NCBI GenBank assembly: GCA_965215005.1
Contig: CBDCCZ010000042.1
Span: 213,202 to 277,201 of the forward strand
DNA length: 64,000 bases
Origin: Kofleriaceae bacterium
Lineage (GTDB): Bacteria; Myxococcota_A; Polyangia; Haliangiales; Haliangiaceae
Reading direction: 5' to 3'
Below, piece by piece: positions 9,084-20,438 of this stretch. Under the pieces are notes generated by a model. It saw nothing but the letters and a program-made list of their open reading frames with translations. It ran no database searches and was not told where the DNA came from. Numbering within the stretch: position 1 is the first letter of the stretch; every line of letters begins with the position of its first letter. Position numbers and translations under genes: made by a program.

Positions 9084-9818
9084 ATGGGCTTGTTCGATAA
9101 GCGAGATCTCAAAAAGAAGGGCAAGGAAGGCGACGACTTCGATTCGCCAGTCGAGCGTATCGACTTGTCCTCCGCAATGCCTCCTAGCGAACCGCCAACC
9201 GTCGCCTCTGGCGAGCTCGGCGCGGCCGCGAACGCAGACGGCCCCGCAGCGACCGCAGAGCCGAGCTATGCGCCGCCGAGCCCGCCGCCTGCCCACTCCG
9301 ATGATGACTTCTTCGATGCCCCCGACTACGGCATCGACAAAGCCATCGAGCTCATGCGCACGCTGCCGCAGGACAACGTCGAGCTCGTGGTGCAGGTCGT
9401 CAAGATCACCCTCGAGTCGACCCGCGTCAAGATCGGCGACATCATCGAAGATGCGTCGCGTAAACAGACGCGCATCACCGACCGCATCAGCGTGCTCAGA
9501 AGCGAGATCGCCGAATTCGAAGCCGAGATCGCCACGCGCAAAGAAGAGATCACCGGTCTGGAAGCCGACATGAGCGAGACCAGCTCGGTCAAGGAACGCC
9601 TCGAAATGGCGGAAGGCTTGAGCAAGAGCGGTAGCTCGGGTCGCGCAGCCGGCACCTCGATGAACCCCACGAGCTCGAGCGCCTACGGCTCAAAGTCGGG
9701 TTCGGTATCGGGCACGCATGCGGTCAACCGGCCCATGGCCAGCTCCTCCAGCGCGAGCAGCACTGGCGGCTCGAGCGCCTTGGGCAGGCCCAAGACCACC
9801 GTCGTCGTCAAGAAGTGA
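9084..9818 (+). CDS. Hypothetical coiled-coil protein
   Basis: SD GGAG before ATG 9084; YGIDKAIELMRTLP followed by heptad-rich region and Ser-rich tail. Confidence 0.75.
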   Translation: MGLFDKRDLKKKGKEGDDFDSPVERIDLSSAMPPSEPPTVASGELGAAANADGPAATAEPSYAPPSPPPAHSDDDFFDAPDYGIDKAIELMRTLPQDNVELVVQVVKITLESTRVKIGDIIEDASRKQTRITDRISVLRSEIAEFEAEIATRKEEITGLEADMSETSSVKERLEMAEGLSKSGSSGRAAGTSMNPTSSSAYGSKSGSVSGTHAVNRPMASSSSASSTGGSSALGRPKTTVVVKK

Positions 9819-9834
9819 CGGTGCTGCAGGCGAT

Positions 9835-9867
9835 GCGGTTGGAAAGACGCTAGCGGTTGGAAAGACG
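9835..9867 (+). repeat. Intergenic direct repeat GCGGTTGGAAAGACG x2 (period 18)
   Basis: Exact 15-mers at 9835-9849 and 9853-9867, immediately upstream of ATG 9875. Confidence 0.8.
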
Positions 9868-9874
9868 TTGATCG

Positions 9875-11191
9875 ATGCTGCGCTACCACCTCGCCATCGT
9901 CTCGCGTGATAATCGCCTCAAGCGCGAGATCAAACGCGTCACGGCGGCTACCGGCTCGACCGCCGACTTCATCGGCGATGCCTCGGGCCTCGATCCCAAT
10001 CGGCCCGCAAATCTGGCCATCTACGACGCGCGCAGCGGCGAGCCCGACAAACAGTTTCTGAGCAAGCTGCCGCGCCACACGCCCATCGCGTACGTGCTGC
10101 AGAGCGAGCGGCTCATCGATCGCCTGGCGCTGTTTCGCGATGAGCGCGTCACCAGCCTGCTCTGTCACGACGCCGACTTCGATGACGACGAGTTCATCGC
10201 CAGCACTACCAAAGCCCTGCGCGGTGAGATCTTTGGGCTTCAGAAGTACTTCCCGTGGGGCGTCACCACCTATTCCATGGTGGTCAAGAGCTACGAGGAA
10301 AAGAGCAAGGCGATCGACATCCTGCTGCACTACGCCAAGCTCGCAGGGGTTCGCGGCCCGGTTCGCGACCGTATTCAGCTGGTTTCCGACGAGCTAATGA
10401 TGAACGCGCTGTATCACGCGCCGGTCGACGAGCAGGGAAAAGAGCGGTTTCGTGAGCGAACGCTCAAGGAGCTATCGCAGCTGCCCGAGGTTCCGCCAAT
10501 CGAGGTGCAATACGGCTGCTCGGGCCGCTACTTCGGGATCTCCGTGCGCGACGGCGGCGGCTCGCTCACGCGGCCGCGCGCGCTCGACTACCTGCTGCGC
10601 GCCAAGAGCGGCACGCACATCGAGAACAAAGCCACCGGCGCCGGGCTCGGGCTCATCAGTGTGCTCCGCTCGGTCTCAAAGCTGATCTTCAACCTCGAGC
10701 CGGGTCACTCTACCGAGGTCATCGCGCTCTTCGATCTCGAGCTCTTCGCCAAGGGACAGGTGGGCGCGCGCTCGCTGCACATGTTCCTGCAAGCCCCTGC
10801 CGCGACCGACGAGGACGACGACGACGACGACGAGCAGCCCGACGCCGAGCCCCACGTCATAGCCCCCAGCCGCAGTGGTCGTTGGCTGCTGGCAGCGCTG
10901 CTATTGTCGGTGGTGACGGCGATGGCGACCGCGCTGGTCATGAAGCAGTCAGCGCCGGCCAGCGCTGCGCAGAGTGTCGAGCCGACCGTGACGGTGCTCG
11001 CAGATCCGCCCGACGCCGAGATCACCTTCGACGGCCGGCAAATTGCCAACGAAGCCGCGGTTCCTCTCGAGGCCGGCGTGGCGCACACGGTGCTCGTTCG
11101 CCGCGACGGCTTCGAGCCGTACCGCACCCAGCTCGCCCCAGATGCGAACAACGATATTCGTCTAGTCGTGAGCCTGCGGCCCACCCGATGA
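9875..11191 (+). CDS. Receiver-like + HATPase (anti-sigma-factor/RsbW-like) + TM + PEGA-like membrane protein
   Basis: N-box ELMMNAL, G1 VRDGGG, G2 GAGLGL; TM helix near aa 340-357; C-terminal PEGA-like (PPDAEITFDG, RRDGFEP). Confidence 0.65.
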   Translation: MLRYHLAIVSRDNRLKREIKRVTAATGSTADFIGDASGLDPNRPANLAIYDARSGEPDKQFLSKLPRHTPIAYVLQSERLIDRLALFRDERVTSLLCHDADFDDDEFIASTTKALRGEIFGLQKYFPWGVTTYSMVVKSYEEKSKAIDILLHYAKLAGVRGPVRDRIQLVSDELMMNALYHAPVDEQGKERFRERTLKELSQLPEVPPIEVQYGCSGRYFGISVRDGGGSLTRPRALDYLLRAKSGTHIENKATGAGLGLISVLRSVSKLIFNLEPGHSTEVIALFDLELFAKGQVGARSLHMFLQAPAATDEDDDDDDEQPDAEPHVIAPSRSGRWLLAALLLSVVTAMATALVMKQSAPASAAQSVEPTVTVLADPPDAEITFDGRQIANEAAVPLEAGVAHTVLVRRDGFEPYRTQLAPDANNDIRLVVSLRPTR

Positions 11192-11373
11192 CCCCTGCCC
11201 ACGCGCTTTCGCGGGGCGCCATCACCGGCCCCACGGCTGCGGCGCGGCGGGTTGCGTAGGTAGTGCGGCGGTCCTCGCCCACACCGACGCAGCAGCCTAT
11301 CAGGCTCGCCGCCCGTGCACGTGACCTCTCCTCCTAGCTCGATGAATGCCGTCGCTAGTGGTAGCCTTTGTCC

Positions 11374-12384
11374 ATGTCGCCAAGCCGCGCTGAAGCATGT
11401 GCTGCGATTTGGCTTCTCGACGCCGATGAGTCCGAGCTCGTCGATGCCGCGCTAGCCGGAGTGGAGCAACACGCGCCGCGAGATGCGGCCATTCTCCGCG
11501 ACCTCATGCCGCGGCTCAATACGTTGGCCGAGCTGCTGGCGAGCGCGCGCCCGCTGCGCGCGCCAACCGAGCTCGGCGGTCAGCAGCGCACCGTGGAAAC
11601 TCTCACCGAACATTTGTGTCGGCTCGATGGCCTCTCGGGCGATCTAGTTCTGCCGATGAAGGCCACGCTCGCGCGCACCTTCCTGCTGCAGAAAATCATG
11701 TTCCTGCGCGCGTTCATCAAATCCACCACCGCGCTGAGCGAGCACGGTGGGGAGTTTGCAGAGTACAGCCACGAGCTGCGCGAAGAGCTGGCGCAGTCGG
11801 TCTACACCCAGCTCGCGGAAGAGCTGTTCTTGGCGCTGCTGCGCAAGCCTGAAATCCCCCTGACCATCAAACGCCAGGCCGCCGACCAGCTCATCACGGT
11901 TTGGGACAACGCGCAGCTCGAGATCGAAGACTTTTGCCCACTGCTCGAGTCGGCGTGGCATGCGCGCAACTCGATCAAGAGCGGCATGGGCTGCTTGCTC
12001 GGAACCACCGAATACTTCCGCCTGGTGACCGAAGATTGCGCGCCGCAGTTCTTGGACTTCTTCGCCCGTGAGGAGGTCTCGGTGGCTGAGCGGCAAGCGT
12101 TCGAAGAGTTTCTCTTCAATATGACCCACGAAGAATTGCAGACCTTGCGCCGGACGATGCGCGAGCAGTCGCTCGAGGTGGTGAGTGCCGACTGGTGCAG
12201 CAAGGTGTTGGCGCGGCCGATCGAAGATCTCGACCCCTCGGGGAAAATCGATCCAATGGCGCTCTACCGGTCATACTACCGCCGGCAGCTCGCGGCCGAC
12301 TTCCGCATCATGGCCGGTGCCGAAGGTCCTCGTCGCACCGCCGAGGCGTATCTGATGATCTCCCTGTTGGCGCACGACGACTGA
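11374..12384 (+). CDS. Hypothetical alpha-helical protein
   Basis: Long ORF with typical high-GC3 codon usage. Confidence 0.7.
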   Translation: MSPSRAEACAAIWLLDADESELVDAALAGVEQHAPRDAAILRDLMPRLNTLAELLASARPLRAPTELGGQQRTVETLTEHLCRLDGLSGDLVLPMKATLARTFLLQKIMFLRAFIKSTTALSEHGGEFAEYSHELREELAQSVYTQLAEELFLALLRKPEIPLTIKRQAADQLITVWDNAQLEIEDFCPLLESAWHARNSIKSGMGCLLGTTEYFRLVTEDCAPQFLDFFAREEVSVAERQAFEEFLFNMTHEELQTLRRTMREQSLEVVSADWCSKVLARPIEDLDPSGKIDPMALYRSYYRRQLAADFRIMAGAEGPRRTAEAYLMISLLAHDD

Positions 12385-12397
12385 GGCACGCCCGGTC

Positions 12398-13216
12398 GTG
12401 GCGATCGATCCCGAAGCTCCACCCAGCGCGGCCTCCGCGAGCGAGGCAGCGCACTTGGCGTGGGCGCCATGCGGCACGCTCTGGAGCGCCTATCCGGCCC
12501 AGCGACGGGTCGTTGGCTGGCGACAAGGGCAGCGCCTCGTGATCGGCTCCGAGACCTTTGGTGCCAGCGATGGCCGCTTGCACGAGGCCAGCTTCCTGGC
12601 CCCGGTCGGCCTCGCCGCGGCGGCCGATGGAGCGCTGTGGATTTCCGACTCGAGCACGGTACGCCGCCTTCGCGGCGATCACATCGTCACCATCGCCCGC
12701 TTGCCCGCCGCCGGCGCCGGCCTCGAGCTCGACGAGCCCCGCGGCCTCGGCTACGTCGCCGTTCCAAGCCACGGCGCGGTGTGCCGAGTGGCGCTCGCCG
12801 ATGGCCGACTGAGCCGGTTCATCGACGATCTCGATGCGCCCACCGACATCGCAAGCTCTCCGGACCGCCACCGACTGTACATTGCCGACCGCGTCGCCAT
12901 CGTCGTCGTCGAGCCACGGCTGGGCCTGCGGCGCGTGCTCGTGGCCCCCGAGGCATGGCCGGCGGACACGAGCCTGGCGGCGCTGACCACTACGCCGGCG
13001 GGATTGGCAGCGGTGTGCAGCGCCAGCGGACGACTGTGGGGCATCAACTGCCGTCACGGCACCATCACCTGTCTGGCTCGTTTGCCGAGCCAGCGCGGCG
13101 CTGGCGTCGCGTTCGACCGACAGGCGCGCACCCTGCTCGTCGCCGACACCAGCGGCGGGATCTGGCAGCTGTCTCGCGACGGCGGCGACCTGCAGCGCGC
13201 GCACGTGGCGTCGTAA
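12398..13216 (+). CDS. NHL/SMP-30-like beta-propeller protein
   Basis: PVGLAAAADGALWISDS, PTDIASSPD..LYIAD, GVAFD..LLVADT repeats. Confidence 0.65.
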   Translation: MAIDPEAPPSAASASEAAHLAWAPCGTLWSAYPAQRRVVGWRQGQRLVIGSETFGASDGRLHEASFLAPVGLAAAADGALWISDSSTVRRLRGDHIVTIARLPAAGAGLELDEPRGLGYVAVPSHGAVCRVALADGRLSRFIDDLDAPTDIASSPDRHRLYIADRVAIVVVEPRLGLRRVLVAPEAWPADTSLAALTTTPAGLAAVCSASGRLWGINCRHGTITCLARLPSQRGAGVAFDRQARTLLVADTSGGIWQLSRDGGDLQRAHVAS

Positions 13217-13320
13217 GCTCGGGTGCCCCGCGCTCGCCCTAGGAGCCCGAGCAACGTCGCCCGCCCCGCCTGATGGAGGGATTCGCTCGCACGCGTTGCT
13301 GCAGGCGCTAAACTCGCCTG

Positions 13321-15039
13321 ATGCGCACCCGGGGCGGGCTCATCGCGGCCATCGTTGTCATGCTCGCCACCACCAGCGGCGCCGACCCGCGGCCACGCGT
13401 GCTCCACGAAGATATCGAAACGCCCGCGAGCAGCGTCCCGCGAGCGCTGGGTCCAGCGCCGCGCGCCGGTCAAAATCCCGCCGCCTTCGCCGCCACCGGC
13501 AAGCTCTTGCCCGAGCCTGCAACCGACCAGCCTCCCGGCTCCGGAGAGCCGACGCATGGCAGCGCAAGCTTTGCCGCCGATCGGCAGACGCAATCGCGCC
13601 CCGACTATCGAACCGGCCCCGATGCGCCCTTGCAGTACGTGACCGTCTTCAATCCGTCGGTGGTGCCGTTCAAACGCATGAGCGCCTTGGATGCAGTGCA
13701 GCCCGACTACACCCTCCGCGTCGGCTCGAGCGCTCTGGTGGACCTTCCCATTGGCGGCACCACCGATGCTGACCGCGACGTGTTCTGGGGCTCGCTGGTG
13801 CTCGAGCTCGAACCGGGACGCGATGTCGCCATCCCCTCCGTGGCGCCCGACATGCGCGTCTTATCGTATGAGATCGAGCCGCGCCTCGCCCTCACCTTCT
13901 CGAAAGACGATGCCGATAACTACTTCGTTCGCTCCGATGAGAGCGCAGCGAGCGGAGTCCATCGGCTGGTTTTCATGGTCGACGCCGACGCGAGCTACTT
14001 TGCGCCCTCGGTGCCGCGCGGCTATCGAGTTCGCGACGTCGCGCGGCTGAGTCGCTCGCTCGCGCGACCATTGCCGGCAGATCTTCGTGCCGAAGCTGCC
14101 AAGGCGGCACGCAGCCTGCGGATCTCGGCGGCAACGCCGCTGCCGGTAGCACTCGACCGACTGGCGCGTTACTTCCGCGGCTTCGAGGCGCGGCCGGCAC
14201 CACCTCCGAGCGGCAACATCTACCGCGACCTCTTCTACAGCCAGGCCGGCGTCTGCCGGCATCGCTCGTTTGCCTTCATGGTCACTGCCGCAGGCTTGGG
14301 CATTCCAGTCCGCTACGTGACCAACGAGGCCCACGCCTTCGTCGAGGTGTGGGCTCCCGAGGTCGGCTGGATGCGCATGGATCTTGGCGGGGCGTCGCCG
14401 CGCCTCGATGTTCGAAATGCCGCCGATAAGACCCTGCATCAGCCGCGTCGCGCCGATCCGTTTGCCCAGCCGCCCGGCTATCGCGACGACTACACGCAGC
14501 TGGCCGGCGACATCCGCGGCCTCTCGGCCGAGCAGCTCGCCGAGGCGCAAACCAGTCGGCTCGAGCCGGCGGAGCCCGACGACGCTGCCGGCCGCCAAGA
14601 CCGCGGCACAACCTCCGACGCTGCCCCCGAGCGCCGCGATCCCGAGCCGACGGACTCCAGTGCCGCCGACGCCCCCGCACCGCCACCGGCCGGGGAAGAT
14701 GAAGTGCTGCCCTCGCCAACTCCACCGACTCGCGGCAAGGCGGCCACCCGCATCGTCGTGGAGACCGCGGCGAGCCGCGGCTTTCGTGGTGAGCCGCTGC
14801 TGGTGCGCGGCCGCCTCGAAGCACGCGATGCAACCGCCGCCGAGCTGCGCGTCGACGTGTATCTCGCGCCTAGCGACAGCGGCGGCTCGGGCGCGCGCCT
14901 GCTCGGGCACGGCCTCACCCGCACCGACGGCAGCTTCGAGCTCGAGCTCGAGCTTCCGGCCGATTTGGAGCTGCGCGATTACGAGGTCTTCGCCGCAACC
15001 CCCGGTGATGCTGAGCGCGGCGCTTCTGTCTCCCGCTGA
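13321..15039 (+). CDS. Secreted transglutaminase-like domain protein
   Basis: Signal peptide; Cys-His-Asp triad GVCRHRSFAF / HAFVEV / GWMRMD. Confidence 0.8.
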   Translation: MRTRGGLIAAIVVMLATTSGADPRPRVLHEDIETPASSVPRALGPAPRAGQNPAAFAATGKLLPEPATDQPPGSGEPTHGSASFAADRQTQSRPDYRTGPDAPLQYVTVFNPSVVPFKRMSALDAVQPDYTLRVGSSALVDLPIGGTTDADRDVFWGSLVLELEPGRDVAIPSVAPDMRVLSYEIEPRLALTFSKDDADNYFVRSDESAASGVHRLVFMVDADASYFAPSVPRGYRVRDVARLSRSLARPLPADLRAEAAKAARSLRISAATPLPVALDRLARYFRGFEARPAPPPSGNIYRDLFYSQAGVCRHRSFAFMVTAAGLGIPVRYVTNEAHAFVEVWAPEVGWMRMDLGGASPRLDVRNAADKTLHQPRRADPFAQPPGYRDDYTQLAGDIRGLSAEQLAEAQTSRLEPAEPDDAAGRQDRGTTSDAAPERRDPEPTDSSAADAPAPPPAGEDEVLPSPTPPTRGKAATRIVVETAASRGFRGEPLLVRGRLEARDATAAELRVDVYLAPSDSGGSGARLLGHGLTRTDGSFELELELPADLELRDYEVFAATPGDAERGASVSR

Positions 15040-15055
15040 TCGACGGGGTGCGCGC

Positions 15056-15640
15056 TCAGTAGAGCTCGAGCGGCGCGCTCACGATGGTCTCGGCGCCCGT
15101 CGCCGGAAATCGCATCGCCCGCGCCGCACGTTGCGCGCACGCTTCGAAGCCGTGCTCGAACAAATACGCCGGCGCGCCCACCCGCACCTGCTGCACGGCT
15201 CCAGTGCCGTCGACCAGCATCTCGAGCATCACCGTTGCCTCGAGCACCGCGTTGCCGCGCGCGCGTTCGATACAGTCGAGAACCGCGCGCGAATCTCGCC
15301 GCACCACCGTGTTGATCTCCGCCGCCGATAGCGAGCGACTCTCGCCCGCGCCGGCGAAATCTACCTCACGCGCGCCCAGCGTCGGCTGAGTCCCGCGCCA
15401 CACCTGCCGCGTCTGCGCCGCCGACAGCTCGATCAGCTCGTCCTGCGCCACCTGGCGCTCACGCCTCGATGCCCCTTTGCGCTTGCGCCGCTGCGGCGCT
15501 TCTCTGGCCGGCGCCGCCGCGGGCATGTCGATGACCATCGCATCGCCGACGCGGTGGGTTGGCTGCAAGCGCTCCATGCCGAGGTAGACTCCACCGCCTC
15601 CGAGCGCCACCCCGATGACCAGGCCGAGCCAGAACCGCAC
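15056..15640 (-). CDS. Membrane-anchored protein with AgmX/PglI- or TonB-C-like C-terminal domain
   Basis: N-terminal TM; EINTVV..VLDC, VDGTGAV, FEAC..MRFP pattern. Confidence 0.6.
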   Translation of the reverse strand: MRFWLGLVIGVALGGGGVYLGMERLQPTHRVGDAMVIDMPAAAPAREAPQRRKRKGASRRERQVAQDELIELSAAQTRQVWRGTQPTLGAREVDFAGAGESRSLSAAEINTVVRRDSRAVLDCIERARGNAVLEATVMLEMLVDGTGAVQQVRVGAPAYLFEHGFEACAQRAARAMRFPATGAETIVSAPLELY

Positions 15641-16445
15641 GCGGCAGTTGTATCACGCCCAAGCCGACCCTCGCCCCAGCGGCGTCGAGGCCTTTGGCGT
15701 GTTCGGTCTCGCCTTCGCAGGCCTAATCCTGCTGGCGACCTTGACGAGTGATCTCGGATTGCTCAGCGTCATCGCCGCGCAAGCGGTCATGGCAGGAGTG
15801 CCGCTCGTTTACGTCGCCGTCCGCGGCTATTCCTTCACCGACGCGCTCGGGCTCGCGCTACCCACGCCGCGCGCGCTGCTCGGCGCGGCGCTCATCGGCG
15901 CGACGTTCTGGTATCTCAACGCCGCGCTAATCGCGCCTGTTGCCGAGCGGCTGTTTGACAACGATAGCGACGTTCGCGAGCTCAGCGCGCTGATCGCCGC
16001 CCCCGGTCCGTCGGTGCTCGCGCTTTTGGCGACACTCGCTGTGGCCCCCGCCATTGGCGAAGAGCTGCTCTTGCGCGGCACCGTGGCTCGCGCGCTAGCG
16101 GCCCGCCTTGGTCGAGGCTGGGCCGTAGTGATATCAGCGCTGCTGTTTGGGCTGCTTCATCTGCCGTCGCGGCTGTTGCCCGCGACCTGCTTTGGCCTCG
16201 TGCTCGGATGGGTGGCGCTGCGCAGTCGCACCACCCTCGCGGCGATGCTGGTCCACGTGCTCAACAATGGGCTGGTTCTCTGGCTCGCGCCCGAGCGTGG
16301 TGATCCCACCAGCGCTACAGTGGTGGGCTGGCTGGAAACCTGGCCATTGGCCACGCTTGCGGTTGCGGCGCTGGGGTGTGCTAGCGGCTTTACGCTGCTG
16401 GCCACCTGCCGCGAGCCCCGTCGCGACCGCAAACCGTTGGAGTAA
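15615..16445 (+). CDS. CPBP (CAAX/Abi) family intramembrane glutamic endopeptidase
   Basis: EELLLRG, FGLLH, HVLNN motifs; multiple TMs; true start probably slightly downstream. Confidence 0.85.
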   Translation: MTRPSQNRTRQLYHAQADPRPSGVEAFGVFGLAFAGLILLATLTSDLGLLSVIAAQAVMAGVPLVYVAVRGYSFTDALGLALPTPRALLGAALIGATFWYLNAALIAPVAERLFDNDSDVRELSALIAAPGPSVLALLATLAVAPAIGEELLLRGTVARALAARLGRGWAVVISALLFGLLHLPSRLLPATCFGLVLGWVALRSRTTLAAMLVHVLNNGLVLWLAPERGDPTSATVVGWLETWPLATLAVAALGCASGFTLLATCREPRRDRKPLE

Positions 16446-16495
16446 CGACTCCTACATTATTGTTCTTTCTTGCGAGCGCTGCTACGTTTTAGCTC

Positions 16496-17185
<690 letters not shown>

Positions 17186-17237
17186 CGCCGATTCAAACAA
17201 CGATTGCCAGGAGACAAATCGCGCGAGCGGTGGGCTG

Positions 17238-18224
17238 CTAACGGGTTGCCGTCGGAATTGGCGCGCGGTAGCCGCTCACAGCGAAACCAAGCGCGCGGTC
17301 GGCGAGCTCGGTAAACGGTCCTGGCGGGCGGCCTCCGAGCCGGTGCACCGCCCGCAGATACGCAGGCAGATAGCGGGCTGAGCGCGGCAACACGCGCAGC
17401 ATTGGCCGCAGCGCTGCTGTCGAGGTCGCAACCATCGCGCGCTCGGCAGCTCCGTAGCGGAGCCCGTATTGCCGCCGAAGCCGCTGCGGCAACAGCGAAG
17501 CGGTCATCGCTTGGCCCCACTGCATCAGGACCGCTTGCGACCGCTTCGGCGGCGTGAACAGAAATCTTGCCATCTGTCGCGCCGGCTCGCCGACGCAAAT
17601 CACCTCAGAAGCGAGCATGCTCTGCACGTACGCATCGAACGCTGGCCAGTCGCTGGGCAAGCGCTCATCGGGGATTCCAAACAAGTACGCAAAGCGTTTG
17701 CTGTCTTGGTAATAGGCATCGCGCTCCAGCGCCCGCAGCGGCCGAATCAGCCGCTCGACCACTTGCACGACCGTGTGCATCAGCGTCGCAAAGACCCACA
17801 GCAGCGCGTCGACATCGTTGGCCGCGTACGGCGTGCCGCGAGCAAATGCGCCGACGTCTTCGGTGATGACGCCGTGGACGCGGGTATGGATGGTATGCAC
17901 CCGTCGCGCCGCCGCGAAGGCCTGGTCGAGCTCGCCGAAGGTCATCGCAAAGACATTGAAGAACGTCCGCTGGAAGCGACCGGCAACGTCGCGGCGGGTG
18001 TCGGAGTGCTGGTCAACGCCGTGCGCGACGAACGGATGCGCGAGCTGCAGCAGCGCAGCGCGGCCGCCACCGAGCAGCAGCACCGCCTCGCGATGCAGCT
18101 CCCAGACCTTGCTGCCCGGACCATGCACCCCGCCGCGGGCATCCGTGGCCAACGCCTGCACCTTGGCCAGCGAACGCTCGAGCGCGTCCCGCGTGACCAG
18201 CAGGCTTCCCCCAGAACTGACCAT
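17238..18224 (-). CDS. Oxygenase MpaB / DUF2236 family protein
   Basis: GGGRAALLQLAHP.VAHGVDQHS, IHTRVHG, YAAND..ALLWV. Confidence 0.85.
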   Translation of the reverse strand: MVSSGGSLLVTRDALERSLAKVQALATDARGGVHGPGSKVWELHREAVLLLGGGRAALLQLAHPFVAHGVDQHSDTRRDVAGRFQRTFFNVFAMTFGELDQAFAAARRVHTIHTRVHGVITEDVGAFARGTPYAANDVDALLWVFATLMHTVVQVVERLIRPLRALERDAYYQDSKRFAYLFGIPDERLPSDWPAFDAYVQSMLASEVICVGEPARQMARFLFTPPKRSQAVLMQWGQAMTASLLPQRLRRQYGLRYGAAERAMVATSTAALRPMLRVLPRSARYLPAYLRAVHRLGGRPPGPFTELADRALGFAVSGYRAPIPTATR

Positions 18225-18281
18225 CGAGTCATAGTCTGCGCTGGAGTGGTCACGCTAGCAACCCGAGCGCGCGCCCCGCGC

Positions 18282-18500
18282 TCAGCGCAGCGGGAGCACG
18301 AAGCTACACGGCAGCTCGATCTCCATGACGCCATCGCTGGTGCCCACCACCACCGGATCCTCGTTGACCGTAACGCCGCCGAGCCGCTCGCCCGCCTCGT
18401 TGACGGCCTCGAGGGTGAGGCCCTCCCCGAGACCGTGATAGTGCGGCATCACGTCGTAGACCCGGAAGTCGTCGGGCTCGAGGGCGCAGGTGGTACTCAC
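18282..18500 (-). CDS. Small hypothetical protein or gene remnant (MPHYHGLG motif)
   Basis: Coding-like codon usage downstream of the O-methyltransferase; no convincing start or SD. Confidence 0.35.
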   Translation of the reverse strand: MSTTCALEPDDFRVYDVMPHYHGLGEGLTLEAVNEAGERLGGVTVNEDPVVVGTSDGVMEIELPCSFVLPLR

Positions 18501-18520
18501 GCGCGAGCGCTGGACCAGTG

Positions 18521-19174
18521 TCAGCGGCGCATCCCCAGCACCATGCCATCCGGCGTCGGCACGCACACCGAGTCGAAATGTGCGGCGGCCTCTTCGTGAA
18601 ACCGGCGCATCGCGGCCGCGGTGTCATCCTCGTCCATGAGCTTGCCGAACAGATAGGCGTTGTCACCGATCAGAAGCCCCCCAGGACGCAGGTTATCGCG
18701 CGCCCAGCGGCCGTAGTGGTCATAGCTGGCCTTGTCGGCATCGATGAACACGGCATCGAACGGTCCGTGCTCGACCAACGTCGGAAGCATCTGCACGCCG
18801 GTTCCGACGACGACCTCGATGACCGCGGCCAGCCCCGCCTCCGCGATGTTGCTGCGCGCGCGAGTCGCGTACTCGGGGTTGGATTCGATTGTGTAAATCC
18901 GGCCGCTCGGGCCCACGGCGCGGGCCATGCGGATTGCTGAGTAGCCGGCCAAGGTGCCGACCTCCACCACCCGCTCGGCCCGCGCTAGGCGCAGCAGCAG
19001 CTCGAGGAATCGGCCCTCGGACTTGCCAACCATGATGGCGGGCATGTCTTGCTGCTCGGGGGTCGCGAACGCGGTTTCCAAGCCCGGATCATGCGCGGCG
19101 TGGACCCGGTCGACATACGCGAGTAGCTCGGGCGTGGTGTAGCGAGTTCCTTGGCGCGAGTCCTGATCAGCCAT
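18521..19174 (-). CDS. O-methyltransferase (caffeoyl-CoA OMT / class I SAM family)
   Basis: VEVGTLAGYSA, FDAVFIDADK, PGGLLIGDN. Confidence 0.9.
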   Translation of the reverse strand: MADQDSRQGTRYTTPELLAYVDRVHAAHDPGLETAFATPEQQDMPAIMVGKSEGRFLELLLRLARAERVVEVGTLAGYSAIRMARAVGPSGRIYTIESNPEYATRARSNIAEAGLAAVIEVVVGTGVQMLPTLVEHGPFDAVFIDADKASYDHYGRWARDNLRPGGLLIGDNAYLFGKLMDEDDTAAAMRRFHEEAAAHFDSVCVPTPDGMVLGMRR

Positions 19175-19214
19175 GGCGCATGCTGGCATCGCCGGGCGAG
19201 CCGAGCAAGCAGCC

Positions 19215-20423
<1,209 letters not shown>

Positions 20424-20438
20424 TGGTAAGGAGCGACT

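Noticed and set aside
9835..9867. Direct repeats as a mini-CRISPR
   Set aside because: Only two 15-bp units with a 3-bp gap, no spacers and no cas genes
11191..11340. Long GC-rich intergenic hairpins (also 22606-22790, 56700-56790, 63740-63840)
   Set aside because: Single copy in the window, with no conserved RNA motif recognised; cannot be separated from background folding without computation
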